A stretch of DNA of 62,178 nt, filler included, from 7 parts of 7 records of this genome joined end to end with filler, not necessarily neighbours in it; one strand, 5' to 3'. Positions 9,873-20,955 are shown, counted from the whole stretch's first letter. A program made the numbers and translations. Notes: generated by a model not told the origin, from the sequence alone.

Positions 9873-10247
9873 ATGTCATTGTCCATATGCTTGATTGATG
9901 ATTCCAAGGTGGTTCGATCAGTGGTAAGACGCCTGCTGAAAAGCCTGATCAAGGATCGGGATTTGAATTTTTCGGAAGCTAACTGCGGGACCGCCGGATT
10001 GGAATTGCTGCGCAACAATCCATTTGACCTCGCCTTTCTTGATCTGACCATGCCGGATATGACCGGTTATGAAGTATTGGAAGCGTTGCAATCGGAAAAC
10101 GTTCCGGGGAAGATTTTTGTTTTAACCGCGGATATCCAGCCGGAATCGGAAAAGAGAGTTCGAGGGCTCGGCGCAACCGGTTACCTGACCAAGCCCTTGA
10201 AGGATGTTGATTTGAGAGCTGCGTTAAAGGAGAACGGCATCCTATGA
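9873..10247 (+). CDS. Single-domain response regulator (CheY-like)
   Basis: LIDDS, FLDLTMPDMTG, LTAD, YLTKP; start moved to ATG 9873 after GGAG. Confidence 0.9.
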   Translation: MSLSICLIDDSKVVRSVVRRLLKSLIKDRDLNFSEANCGTAGLELLRNNPFDLAFLDLTMPDMTGYEVLEALQSENVPGKIFVLTADIQPESEKRVRGLGATGYLTKPLKDVDLRAALKENGIL

Positions 10248-10891
10248 CCGCCATAATTTTTACAGAAGACGAATACGATCAGCTCAAGGAAATATTCAAC
10301 GTGGCCATGGGGCGCGCCGGATCCGACCTGGCTGTTTTGTTGAAATCGTTTGTGGATCTGTCAGTGCCCGACCTGGAAATAGTCACGGCTGAAAAAATCG
10401 CTGAAACCATATTGGTTAAAAGCGTATTCAAGGAAGAAGAACCAATCGTCGCCTTTCGGCAGAGTTTTGACGGCGGCGCGTTACTGGCCGGCGAAGCCAT
10501 GGTTTTTTTCGACATGGACACCAAAAACCGCGTAGCATCCATTTTGGGGCTGCCGTCGCAAATGGAATCAGTGGAAGAAATTGCGTTCATGTTTGATATG
10601 TGCAATCTCCTGGTAGGCGCCTGCCTGAACAGCGTCTCCGATCAATTGTTTCAACAAACCGCTTCATTTTCCCAGCCGGAAATGATCGCTGAAAACCGCA
10701 TGCTGAAGAAAATGGTATATGAAACTTTCATGAGGACCAATTTGAAATGGGACTACACTCTATTGGTGAAAATTTCCTTTCAGCTTAAAGAAAAAATGCT
10801 TAAAAGCGAGCTTATGATGTTTTTGGCCGAACCGGTCATCAGTTCGGTAAAGAAAGCTGTTTCGGAAATGCTGGTAGAGGATGAGGAATGA
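10244..10891 (+). CDS. CheC-like phosphatase
   Basis: LKEIFNVAMGRA (ExxN motif), V-x-LSVP, second motif DMCNLLVGACL. Confidence 0.8.
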   Translation: MTAIIFTEDEYDQLKEIFNVAMGRAGSDLAVLLKSFVDLSVPDLEIVTAEKIAETILVKSVFKEEEPIVAFRQSFDGGALLAGEAMVFFDMDTKNRVASILGLPSQMESVEEIAFMFDMCNLLVGACLNSVSDQLFQQTASFSQPEMIAENRMLKKMVYETFMRTNLKWDYTLLVKISFQLKEKMLKSELMMFLAEPVISSVKKAVSEMLVEDEE

Positions 10892-11865
10892 GCTTTTCAA
10901 ACATTGAAATCCTTGACAGCATAATCAATGGAGTGGAATTGGGAGTAGTTGTCCTGGATTCCGGGAAAAACGTTACTTACTGGAATCAATTCATGACCAG
11001 GCACAGCGGAATAAAACCGGATGAAATTATTGGCAGGAACATCTTTGAAGTCTTTAATTATATTCCCCGGCCATGGCTGGAACTGAAGATAGACAGCGTC
11101 AGGCTGATACGGAATTTTTCATTTTTATCATGGAAACAAAAGCCGCACCTTTTTAAATTTCACCACAATCGGCCGATCACCGGAGACGCTTTGGAATATA
11201 TGTACCAGGATTGCACTTTACTGCCCGTCAAATCTGAGGAGTCTTCCGAAATTCATGTATGCATTACCATTCAGGATGTGACAGACCTGGCCCTGGCCCG
11301 GAAAAAAATGGAAGAAGTGGTAGAATTAAATAAAAAATTGGAAGAATTGACCAATTTTGACGGATTGACCGCGGTTTACAATCGCCGATATGTTGAACAG
11401 CAGATAGAACAGGAATTCAATAAGGCCAAGCAGAATGGAAACGTGTTTTCCATTGTTTTGATCGATATCGACCATTTCAAAAAGGTGAATGACTTATACG
11501 GGCATTTGGCCGGGGATGAGGTTTTAAAAGAATTTGCAAAAATAATAAAGAGCAATCTGAGGGCTTCGGATGTTTTCGGCCGTTACGGGGGAGAGGAATT
11601 TTTCGCTTTGCTGCCGGATACAAATGAAGAAGAAGCCGCGAAACTGGGATTGAGCTTGAAAAACGCCGTGGAAGACGCTGTAGTGGAAACCCGGGGAAAA
11701 AAGATAAAAGTAACTTTTTCCGGGGGTGTGGTTCAATACCGGGAGGATGAAACAGACTACGTGCAAATGATACATGAAGCTGACCAGGCCCTGTATCATT
11801 CCAAGGAAAGCGGGCGCAACCGGATATCAAAATTTGGTACAGGCGGTTGTTGTGTAGAGTATTAG
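10888..11865 (+). CDS. PAS-domain diguanylate cyclase
   Basis: N-terminal PAS (YWNQFM..HSG), DGLTAVYNRR, IDIDHFKKVNDLYGH, RASD I-site, GGEEF. Confidence 0.92.
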   Translation: MSFSNIEILDSIINGVELGVVVLDSGKNVTYWNQFMTRHSGIKPDEIIGRNIFEVFNYIPRPWLELKIDSVRLIRNFSFLSWKQKPHLFKFHHNRPITGDALEYMYQDCTLLPVKSEESSEIHVCITIQDVTDLALARKKMEEVVELNKKLEELTNFDGLTAVYNRRYVEQQIEQEFNKAKQNGNVFSIVLIDIDHFKKVNDLYGHLAGDEVLKEFAKIIKSNLRASDVFGRYGGEEFFALLPDTNEEEAAKLGLSLKNAVEDAVVETRGKKIKVTFSGGVVQYREDETDYVQMIHEADQALYHSKESGRNRISKFGTGGCCVEY

Positions 11866-11911
11866 CCGGAAATTACACTATTCAAAAAGCGGCTCTGACT
11901 TCCTTCAGCTA

Positions 11912-12301
11912 TTAGTTCATTTGCAGCTTTTTCATGTTGACGCCCAAAAAACCAACCTTTATACCCGCGTTTTTTAATCTTTTGGTTGCCTTGTTCGACA
12001 GAAGCATCACGACAATTATATTGACCAATGGCACAAACATTAATACAGCAACGAGAATAGGAGATTGTCCCAGCGCCGCAGCCAGTTTGTAAGTTAGAAA
12101 AATGAAAACCAGTGCAAAGACAATATATATTATCGTGTTTCCAACCAGCAAGTAAACTGGCGGCCTGGATGATGAGATTATAATGGGCACGAGAATCATC
12201 AGGGACAGAAAATAAACCAGGAGATAAACCAAAAGTAATATTATAATTCTTTTTTGGCCTTCCGCCACGGCCATAAGATTTGACTTTTCCGTGCTTTCCA
12301 T
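11912..12301 (-). CDS. Hypothetical membrane protein (about 3 TM segments)
   Basis: Hydrophobic 129-aa ORF with strong RBS AGGAGG; ends LKNAGIKVGFLG. Confidence 0.7.
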   Translation of the reverse strand: MESTEKSNLMAVAEGQKRIIILLLVYLLVYFLSLMILVPIIISSSRPPVYLLVGNTIIYIVFALVFIFLTYKLAAALGQSPILVAVLMFVPLVNIIVVMLLSNKATKRLKNAGIKVGFLGVNMKKLQMN

Positions 12302-12448
12302 GGATTCCTCCTTTTGTTTTTCTTCAGGATAAGCATAAATAGAATGCGAGCCGCGCCAAACGATTCAAGGCCCATAAGGAGCCATGTGTTTTGCGAGTCC
12401 CCCACCGGGGATGTCCCCGGTAATTTTGTAAAGGACAAATGATGGCAA

Positions 12449-12548
12449 NNNNNNNNNNNNNNNNNNNNNNNNNNNNNNNNNNNNNNNNNNNNTTAATTAA
12501 TTAANNNNNNNNNNNNNNNNNNNNNNNNNNNNNNNNNNNNNNNNNNNN
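12449..12548. other. Artificial contig spacer
   Basis: 44 N + TTAATTAATTAA + 44 N. Confidence 0.99.
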
Positions 12549-12938
12549 GCCGGTCAGATCTGCTTCTCTCAGGTCCGCCCATCGCAGGTCCGCGCCTTCC
12601 AGATCGGCGTACGCAAAGCATGCCTGTTGAGCGTTCACTCCTTCCAGATTGGCGTTTTTCAATCTGGAGTTCGACATGTCAGCCCCCGTCAGGTCGCAGT
12701 CTTTCAACACGGCCCCTCTGAGATCCGCTTCCCTGGCCCGGACTCGGCGCAATACAGCTGTATTCAGGTTTGCGTTTCTCAGGTCGCAATCCGTCAGGTC
12801 TGTCTGAAAAAGGACGGCTCCCCACAGGTTCGTTCCCGCCGCCCTCGCCAATCGAAGTGAAGCGCCGGACAGGTCGGCGCCTAGTAAATTTACTCCAAGC
12901 AGGTTTAACGCATCCAGACGGCATCCGGAAAAATCCAG
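12549..12938 (-). repeat. Pentapeptide repeat (right-handed beta-helix) coding region
   Basis: GADLSGASLRLA...ADLRGAVLKDCDLTGADMSNSRLKNANLEG...ADLEGADLRWADLREADLTG; runs into the contig end. Confidence 0.9.
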
Positions 12939-15263
12939 GTAACACAGGCAATCCGGGACCGGCCGGCTTCCGGATTTGAAATGCTGTTTTTGCAGCGTGC
13001 GAATCCAGTCTCCGGCGCTGGTTTCTGTAGGCCAGGCGATACTGCTTCGTGTATCCGTAATTGTTGCACAGGCCGCATGCAGTATGAAAAGAGCTGTTTC
13101 AGCGTTCCATGCCCAAAGCGTCATTTCCCGGAACTGCATGGGTCTTATGGTGCGATGTAGAGGAAGCCCGTTAAGCGCCGCACGTTCCATGAAGCGAGCC
13201 AGCATATCTCGCCAGTCTGATACCTCCTCGCGGTCCTCCATGCGGATCTGTCCCGTCAGTAGCCTTGACAGGTCCATGTGAATAGGGGCCGGACCGAAAA
13301 ATTCAGTCCATCGAAGCAGGGCGGTTTCAACGATCAAGCCTCCTGAGCCGGATTCCCTTCGCCGGTCCAGTTCGGATTTCAGCGTTCTCAGTTCGTCGAT
13401 TATTTTCCTTACAACAAGCAGTTCACGGAAACTGTCATGCGAGAACCTGATCGCGGCCGGCCGTCCCCGGTCGTCGCGCTTCAATTTAAACAGCCCTAAA
13501 ACGCCCATATCAACCTGTTCCATCATGGCTTCCAGTTGAGAGACCAGGCCAAGCCTGTCAAACCTTGCACGCAGGTCAACCATGCCGATTTCAGGCTGCC
13601 GCAAGCGCCAGCACATAACGGCTATTTCTTCCAGAATCGTCATAAAGGATTTTCGGTCCAGGGGATACAGCCAGCGGTATGGTCTGCGATCGTCATAGGT
13701 CCGGTCGTAAATTGTTTCAAAAAACGATTCTGTTATCAATCTGAAGCTGTTTGAATCCTCCCAACCGCATTGCCCTCTTCGGACGGCCAAAACCGACAGG
13801 TACTGCATCATAGGAGACGCTGCTGCGACCTGGAATTCACGGGAAGCGCCGTCAAATGCGTTGCGGATTTCGGAAGCGGGAAATCCCGTGGCGTCCTCGA
13901 ATTTATTCCACCAGGCGATCCTTTGATCTTCAACGAGGAGGCCGTCCGGATCGTCATACTTATGGCGTTCTTCCTCGGGGATGTACAGGGGCAGAAGCTC
14001 ATAAGTCAACGTTTCCGGCGGCAGCATATCGGCCAGGTCTTCGACGAAAACAGGCCACGCTGTCGCCAGGGCCGCCGCTCGACGCCCGTCCCGGTTCCAT
14101 TTGTCAAGAAATCCAAGCAAGGATTTCAGAAAACCGCGGCTTCTTTCCATGTAAAAAGGGGCCGTCATTCTCAGATCGTTCAAATGGCTGAATATCAAAA
14201 GCAGCGGTTTTTCCGAGGGCGCCTCGTTCATCGGACTTTCGTTGAATAGATCTTTTTCCCGAATAAACGAGTAGATTGCGTCATCCAGGTCATCCACGAA
14301 TTCGAAATCGGATACAGGAATAAAAAGGACTCGACTCCCGGTTTTTTCCAGGAAACGTCGGGTCAGGTTAAGGCCGAACGTCAAAACCCCGCTCCCCGGC
14401 GCCCCGGTCAGGAACCGCAGCGCATCATCTTTATTTCCTGATTCATACCAATTTATCAGTTCGGTTTCCGGGTCGACGACCTTTTTTCGACTCTTTGGGG
14501 ATGCAGCCTCAAGTTCGTTGAATTCATTCAAAATTCCGGATTGAGCCAGGCGGCCGGCCCGGAGCGGAACATACATCTGATCCAGGTTGAACGTTTCGAC
14601 TCCGTACACGGGCCGGGCCATACGGAAATGAGCTTCATAGCGGCGGGAAAGCCAGGAACGTTCAAGGCTCGGGCCGGCGGTAAACGGTGTAGACCACGCA
14701 TCGGACAATGGCGCATATACAGCGGGATTCGAACGTATTTCGCAATCCATGAACCAGGTAAAATAATCCGGCAGCCTTTTGACTATTGTCTCCGGTTTTA
14801 ACGGCTTGTAATCATGCCGAAGCAGCCAGTCCACAAAGACGCTGCTTATATTACTTATTATCGTCATTGTCTCCGGCTTGAGAAAAGACTCGGAGTTCAA
14901 CTCGAAGACCATATCGTCAAGCGGCGATGTCAGGTCTTCCAGTAATTCATCCAGGGATTCAGGATCGCATCTTTCCAGCAGTTGCTCGATCTCGCGCAGG
15001 ATTTCGCACAGCGATCGCGTAAGCCCTCTCCAGACCAGAACGAAGGCCAGGCTGTCAGGGTCGCGGTCCGCCTTTATCGGAGATATTGCGTCCATGGCTT
15101 CCCGGACTCGATCATCCCATTCGCGCGTGGAACGGCTTGTCAGTATCAGGGATAATGATTTGAAAAGAAAAACAGGAGACAGGCCGAAAGGCTCCAACCT
15201 CTCTTTCAGACTGAGATCCGCTGAATATGTGTGCTCTTCCGTCATCAAGAAGCCCTTTCCCAT
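12549..15263 (-). CDS. NACHT/STAND-like protein with C-terminal pentapeptide repeats (3' truncated)
   Basis: LDQMYVPLR pre-NACHT motif, FLTGAPGSGVLT (Walker A-like), LLLIFSHLNDL (Walker B-like), FSHDSFRELL, then A(D/N)Lxx repeats. Confidence 0.8.
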
Positions 15264-15716
15264 GTTTGAAAATTCTATTTAGATACCATGAAAGGCTGCA
15301 TTCTATTTACTTTTCGTAGTTGTAGTCAATAGACCGGATGCCGTCAACACATATATAATTCGCAAAGATCAATAGTCGCTTGACATAAACATCGTGGTAA
15401 GCGAGAATTAAGCCCATTTGTATACATGTGATTATTAAAAATATAATACAGGATGAAACATAATTGTTCAGTTGGCCGGCAACGGTTTTCATAACTTTTA
15501 GCCCCAACTGATCAGACCGAATACACTATTAAATAAGCATCTGGCCATAAATGGTTTACCGGCCCAATCTCATTGTCGGATGAAACAATTAATCCTCGAA
15601 ATATAGCAATATTCCTGTGGTTATCTTGTTTTCTCTTCTTTGATATTGAACAAAACCCCTTATTTCCGGACAGACGCTGATAATAAAATGCAGCAACTAG
15701 ATGTGGCTCAGCCACT

Positions 15717-18050
15717 ATGGAGCGCCCTATGGAGTACCTGAACGAGAAGAAATATTCGTTTGTTTCCCATGAACTGTCGGAGGAAACCTTTGGAGTAGTG
15801 AGTTTTCGGGGAGTAGAGGGCCTGAGCCGATGCTACGAGTTCGAGATTGACCTGGTTTCGGCTGGTGAGAAAATCAACCTGGACGCGGTGCTGCAGGGGA
15901 CGGCGACGTTCACGATTCATCGTTCCATAGGCGACGACGTTGTATTTCACGGCATTCTGGACCACATAGAACAACGACACGCGTATAATGAATATGTCTT
16001 TTACCGGGCTCGGCTGGTTCCTAAACTCTGGTGGCTGAACCTGATTCATCACAATCAGATATTCCTTGAGCAGTCGTTGCCGGATATTATAGATGCGGTG
16101 CTCAGGGACGGCGGGATCTCACACGAAGATTTCGAATTACGCCTGCAAAAGAACTACCCGGTAATGGAGTACGTCTGCCAGTATCGTGAAAGCCACTTTG
16201 ATTTCCTGTCGCGTTGGATGGAAAAGAACGGGTTATACTACTTTTTCGAACAGGGCGACACGGCTGAAAAACTTGTCATAACCGATAGCACGCTCGCGCA
16301 TGGGGTTATGCCCCAGGGACGGAGTGTAACTTACTCCCCTCCGTCCGGTTTGGATTTTGACCACTTCGACGAGGTCCTTCAAACTTTCACCTGCCGCCAG
16401 CAGATGCTGCCAAGCGAGGTTCTGCTCAAAGATTACAATTACCGCAAACCTTCCCTGGAAATAAGCGGATCGGCCGCTGTTCTACCTCAGGGACGAGGAC
16501 AGTTCTATTACTATGGCGACCATTTCAGCACTCCGGATGAGGGAGATGCACTGGCAGAGGTCCGGGCCGAGAGTTTCCTTTGCCGCCGACGCATGTTTAC
16601 GTCACACAGCTCAGTACCCTATATCCGGGCGGGATATTGCTTTGATCTGGAAGATCATTACCAGAACGACTTTAATCTAAAATATCTGACCATAGAAGCG
16701 ACTCACGAAGGCAGTCAAGCCGGGTACCTCATCGACGGGCTCAGCCAGTCCATACCGGAGGAAAAGCGCCGTGCCTATTATCGCAATCATTTCAAGGCTA
16801 TCCCTACAGACGTACAGTTCCGGCCTGAGCAGGTCACGGAAAAGGCTCGTATCTACGGCGCCATGAATGCATGGATTGACGGTGAGGGTTCCGGACAGTT
16901 CGCGGAACTTGATGACGAGGGAAGGTACAAAGTGGTTCTGCCCTTTGATCAGTCCGGCCGCAAGAACGGAAAAGCATCCGCCTTCGTTCGTATGATACAA
17001 CCCTACGGCGGCGCCGGGCACGGCATGCATTTCCCGCTGCATAAAGGGACGGAAGTCATCCTTACTTTTATAGACGGCGACCCTGATCGACCGATCATCG
17101 CCGGCGCCGCTCCCAATCCCACGCACCCAAGCGTGGTCAACAGCGCCGAGGGAACCAAGAACGTAATCACCACGGCCAGCGGAAATCATTTTCATATGGA
17201 GGATCTACCGGGCAAGGAGCGTATTCTGATGCATGTGCCCAACCGGCAATCCTTCATCCGTATCGGCGCTCCCAATGACCCGAGCGTCGATGATCCACCG
17301 GATTCCGAAAAGAAGAATGACGACGGTGAAGCGGTAAAAAATACCGATTCAATCGTTGATAAGGATGAAAAGGAAGATAAGGAAGATAAAAAAGGCGGGG
17401 TGGTCAAGGAGGCGGCTATTATCGGCGCCGGCGCGGCTATTGCCGCCGTGGGCGAGGCGGTCAGCGGTTCCGCATCGGTTGACGCCGGTTCGGGACATCA
17501 TCCTCCTCATCCTCCAAGGCCAAAGCCTCCAGGACCTCCGGGCCCCCCGGGACCTCCGGGACCGCCAGGCCCACAGGGGCCTCCAGGAGATAAAGGACCG
17601 GATGGAGATCAGGGGCCCGACGGCGAACCGGGGCGCCAGGGTGAAGAAGGTCCCCAGGGCGAGCCCGGCGAGCAGGGGCCGCAAGGCGAGGCAGGTCAAA
17701 AGGGCGCACCAGGCGACAAGGGGCCGCAGGGAGAGCAAGGCGCTGCGGGAACTCCGGGCGTACCGGGCGCACCCGGTCCACAGGGTGAACCCGGCCCGCA
17801 GGGTGAACCAGGAGATAAGGGCCCGCAGGGCGAATCCGGAGAAAAAGGCGCGGACGGGGATAAAGGCGAAACAGGCGACAAGGGTCAGGCAGGCGACAAA
17901 GGCGAAACCGGCGATAAAGGACCGCAAGGCGAGGCAGGTCAAAACGGAGAACCAGGAGACAAGGGCCCCGAGGGTGAACGCGGTGCAACAGGCGCGCCGG
18001 GCGTACCAGGCGCTCCAGGGCCGCAGGGTGAAGCAGGATCAAAAGGCGAA
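15717..18050 (+). CDS. vgrG: Type VI secretion spike protein VgrG with collagen-like C-terminal extension (3' truncated)
   Basis: EGLSRCYEFEIDL, YVCQYRESHFDFLSRWMEKNGLYYFF, DYNYRKP, FRP, DDEGRYKV, GMHFPLHKGTEVILTFIDGDPDRPIIAGA (gp27/gp5 OB fold). Confidence 0.92.
17532..18050 (+). repeat. Collagen triple-helix repeat, 57 uninterrupted Gly-X-Y triplets plus a partial one
   Basis: GPPGPPGPPGPPGPQGPPGDK...GEAGSKGE in frame with vgrG. Confidence 0.97.
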
Positions 18051-18150
18051 NNNNNNNNNNNNNNNNNNNNNNNNNNNNNNNNNNNNNNNNNNNNTTAATT
18101 AATTAANNNNNNNNNNNNNNNNNNNNNNNNNNNNNNNNNNNNNNNNNNNN
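18051..18150. other. Artificial contig spacer
   Basis: N-run with TTAATTAATTAA. Confidence 0.99.
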
Positions 18151-18151
18151 G

Positions 18152-18895
18152 GCCCATGAGATCAACAACCCCCTGGCCGGCATCCTCCAGAACACCCAGG
18201 TGATGAGAAACCGGATCTCCAACGGCATCCCCAAAAACCGGCAGGCGGCCGAAGCCTGCGGCACCACCATTGAGACCATCATGGCCTACATGGAGGCCCG
18301 GGGGATCTTCCCTATGATCGAGTCGATCATGGAAGCCGGAAAAAGGGCGGCCGCCATTGTTGATAACATGCTCTCCTTCAGCCGCAGGAGCGAATCCCGG
18401 TTTGACCTCCATGACCTGGCCGGTCTCCTCGATACCAGCCTCAAGCTCCTGGAGACCGATTACGACCTCAGGCAGAGTTACGATTTCAAGAATATCGAGA
18501 TCCGGCGGGAGTACGATGATGCCGTGCCCAAGGTTCCCTGTGAGGCCAGCAAGGTCCAGCAGGTTTTTCTCAACATCCTCAAGAACGGCGCACAGGCCAT
18601 GTGGAAAGCCCAGGAGACGGGCACCCGGCCCTGTTTTGTCCTGCGGCTCAAGCTGGAAGGCCGGATGGCCCGCATTGAGATCGGGGATAATGGGCCGGGA
18701 ATGGATGAAGCAACGAAAAAGCGGGTGTTTGAGCCGTTCTTCACCACAAAGGCGGTGGGGGCAGGCACCGGACTGGGCCTCTCGGTTTCTTATTTCATCA
18801 TTACGGAAAACCAGGGCGGTACCCTTTCCGTGGAGTCCATCCCGGGCAAGGGCACTACATTCATCATTCACCTGCCCCTGGAACAGCAAGTTTAA
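18152..18895 (+). CDS. Sensor histidine kinase, HisKA + HATPase (5' truncated)
   Basis: AHEINNPL H-box at contig start, QVFLNILKNG N-box, DNGPGM, FEPFFTTK, GTGLGL. Confidence 0.93.
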   Translation, partial: AHEINNPLAGILQNTQVMRNRISNGIPKNRQAAEACGTTIETIMAYMEARGIFPMIESIMEAGKRAAAIVDNMLSFSRRSESRFDLHDLAGLLDTSLKLLETDYDLRQSYDFKNIEIRREYDDAVPKVPCEASKVQQVFLNILKNGAQAMWKAQETGTRPCFVLRLKLEGRMARIEIGDNGPGMDEATKKRVFEPFFTTKAVGAGTGLGLSVSYFIITENQGGTLSVESIPGKGTTFIIHLPLEQQV

Positions 18896-19292
18896 TCATC
18901 ATACCTCACTGATAGTTGCGGAAGATCTTCTCCTGTACCTTCTTTAATGCGCCGTTTTTCCGCATCTCATTCGCAGCCGCTGAACCGGACAGCAGACAAA
19001 AAATCAACAACAGTAAATTTGCGGATCGGATCCTTGTCAGGATACGTCTCCTGTTCAATTGATGTGTTTTTTCTATATAACAACTGGAAACAAGCAAGTC
19101 CCAAAATGAATCTTGAACCGCATATTATCTCGATAGATCCTTAAAATCAAATCCTAATCAATGTGGTACGGTCGGCATCCGTTCTGTTGTTGAAATATAT
19201 ATTCGGTGGTATGTTGACGACTCAACCTTTAACCGAACCGGGGGCCGTCCATAACAGCTTGGGAGGGCACCGGCAGCGGAGGAAAAACGTCA

Positions 19293-20780
19293 GTGATTAT
19301 TGTCAACAACCACGCTTCCATGGATCTGGGCTCCCTTGACTTCACCGATATCCTGGAAAATTTCGATGATGGGGTGGTCATCACCGATGCCAGGGGAGGG
19401 ATCGTTTTTTACAACCATGCCCAGGCGAAGATAGACGGGCTGGTTCCTGGGGATGTGATCGGAAAAAACATTCCCGAGGTTTACCATGTGACGGCGGAGA
19501 GCAGCCCGACCATGCAGTGCCTCAATTCCCAAAAGCCGTACATGAAGTATACCTGGCACTACCGTACCCGCCAGGGGCGACAGGTCAGTGCCGTGCAGAA
19601 TGTGTTTCCCCTGTTCAGGAATAAACGGCTGATGGGGGCGATCTGTTTTGTCCGGGAGTACAGCAGGATCTCAAAGGATTTTGAACGGGCCCCCCGTTCC
19701 CAGCCCCAACGGAAGATTGCCAAGGGCACTCGGGTTCGCTTTGTCGACATCATCGGCAGTAATCCCGGTTTCAGGGATGCCGTTAACCGGGCCACCATGG
19801 CCGCCGGCTCTCCCTCGTCCATTATGCTTTACGGGGAGAGCGGAACCGGCAAGGAGCTGTTTGCCCAGTCCATCCACAACCACGGCAAGTGGAAACAGCA
19901 GCCCTTTGTCGCCATCAACTGTTCCGCCATACCCGAGAACCTTCTTGAGGGGATCTTGTTCGGCACCTCCAAGGGCGCGTTCACCGATGCCATGGACAAG
20001 GCCGGGCTGTTTGAGCAGGCCAACGGGGGCACCCTCTTCCTTGACGAAGTCAACTCCATGCCCGTGGGGCTTCAGGCAAAGCTGCTGAGGGTGCTTCAGG
20101 AGAAAAAGATCCGCAGGGTCGGATCCATGGGGGAGATCGATATTGATCTTAAGATCATCAGTTCGGTGAACGTGGATCCTGAAGAGGCCATCCGGGATAA
20201 TTGCCTCAGGCGGGATATCTATTACCGGCTGGCCGTGGTGTTTGTCAATATCCCTCCCCTCCGGTACAGGTCTGAGGATATTGAAGAGCTGACCCGTCAT
20301 TTTATCGATAAGTGTAACCGGAAACTAGATAAGGCGGTCAGGGGTGTTTCCGCTGAGGTGATGCGGTTTTTCAAAAGTTATGCATGGCCCGGCAACGTCA
20401 GGGAGCTTGAGCATGTTATTGAAGGGGCAATGAATCTGATTAGAGGGGAAGCCGTTCTCACCATGGAAAAGATGCCGGCCCATTTTATTTCCCTTGCAGG
20501 GGCGGAGGAGAGAAACGGTGTCGATGACAGCGTGCAATCCCAAGGGGGGAGGCCTCCAGATCTCCCTTCAGCCCCGGGCGTGGCCGATCCGGAAGCGGCG
20601 GATCTTTTTGATAAAACACTTTTTGAGTTCCAGGCCGAGCAGGAGCGGGCCATTCTTTGCCACTGGCTTGAAATCTATGGCGGTAATGCCGCAAGGGCGG
20701 CTCGGAAACTTGGGATTTCAAGACAACTCATCTACCATAAATTAAAAAAGCACAACATCCGTGGGGATCGTTTCGATTGA
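19293..20780 (+). CDS. PAS-domain sigma-54-dependent transcriptional activator (RocR-like)
   Basis: PAS, GESGTGKE, GAFTDA, LFLDE, WPGNVREL, C-terminal Fis HTH (AARKLGISRQLIYHKL). Confidence 0.93.
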   Translation: MIIVNNHASMDLGSLDFTDILENFDDGVVITDARGGIVFYNHAQAKIDGLVPGDVIGKNIPEVYHVTAESSPTMQCLNSQKPYMKYTWHYRTRQGRQVSAVQNVFPLFRNKRLMGAICFVREYSRISKDFERAPRSQPQRKIAKGTRVRFVDIIGSNPGFRDAVNRATMAAGSPSSIMLYGESGTGKELFAQSIHNHGKWKQQPFVAINCSAIPENLLEGILFGTSKGAFTDAMDKAGLFEQANGGTLFLDEVNSMPVGLQAKLLRVLQEKKIRRVGSMGEIDIDLKIISSVNVDPEEAIRDNCLRRDIYYRLAVVFVNIPPLRYRSEDIEELTRHFIDKCNRKLDKAVRGVSAEVMRFFKSYAWPGNVRELEHVIEGAMNLIRGEAVLTMEKMPAHFISLAGAEERNGVDDSVQSQGGRPPDLPSAPGVADPEAADLFDKTLFEFQAEQERAILCHWLEIYGGNAARAARKLGISRQLIYHKLKKHNIRGDRFD

Positions 20781-20806
20781 TTCCGTTTAACCCCTTTTGC
20801 ATTTAA

Positions 20807-20822
20807 GACAAATATTTTTGTC
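20807..20822. promoter_or_regulatory. Candidate upstream activator site (inverted repeat)
   Basis: GACAAA-TATT-TTTGTC about 135 bp upstream of the sigma-54 promoter. Confidence 0.35.
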
Positions 20823-20955
20823 AGTCCTTTGTCCCGCCTGAATCCGTGTCACAAATAAAAATCAAATAATATTATCCATCCCAAGTCCTTTGCCATCCAT
20901 GATTTCAAAAGGAGATGCGGGTATTTGTCCGTTGATTTGAATCAGGGGATTATGA

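Noticed and set aside
12493-12504. TTAATTAATTAA repeated six times as a biological repeat
   Set aside because: Always centred in N-runs; an artificial all-frame stop linker. ORFs ending in X...LIN or X...N are artefacts of it.
17349-18102. Several long alternative-frame ORFs over the collagen tract
   Set aside because: Shadows of a GC-rich triplet repeat lacking stops; only the vgrG frame gives Gly-X-Y.
19972-19992. GAFTDA instead of GAFTGA in the activator
   Set aside because: Common functional variant, and a good sigma-54 promoter lies downstream.
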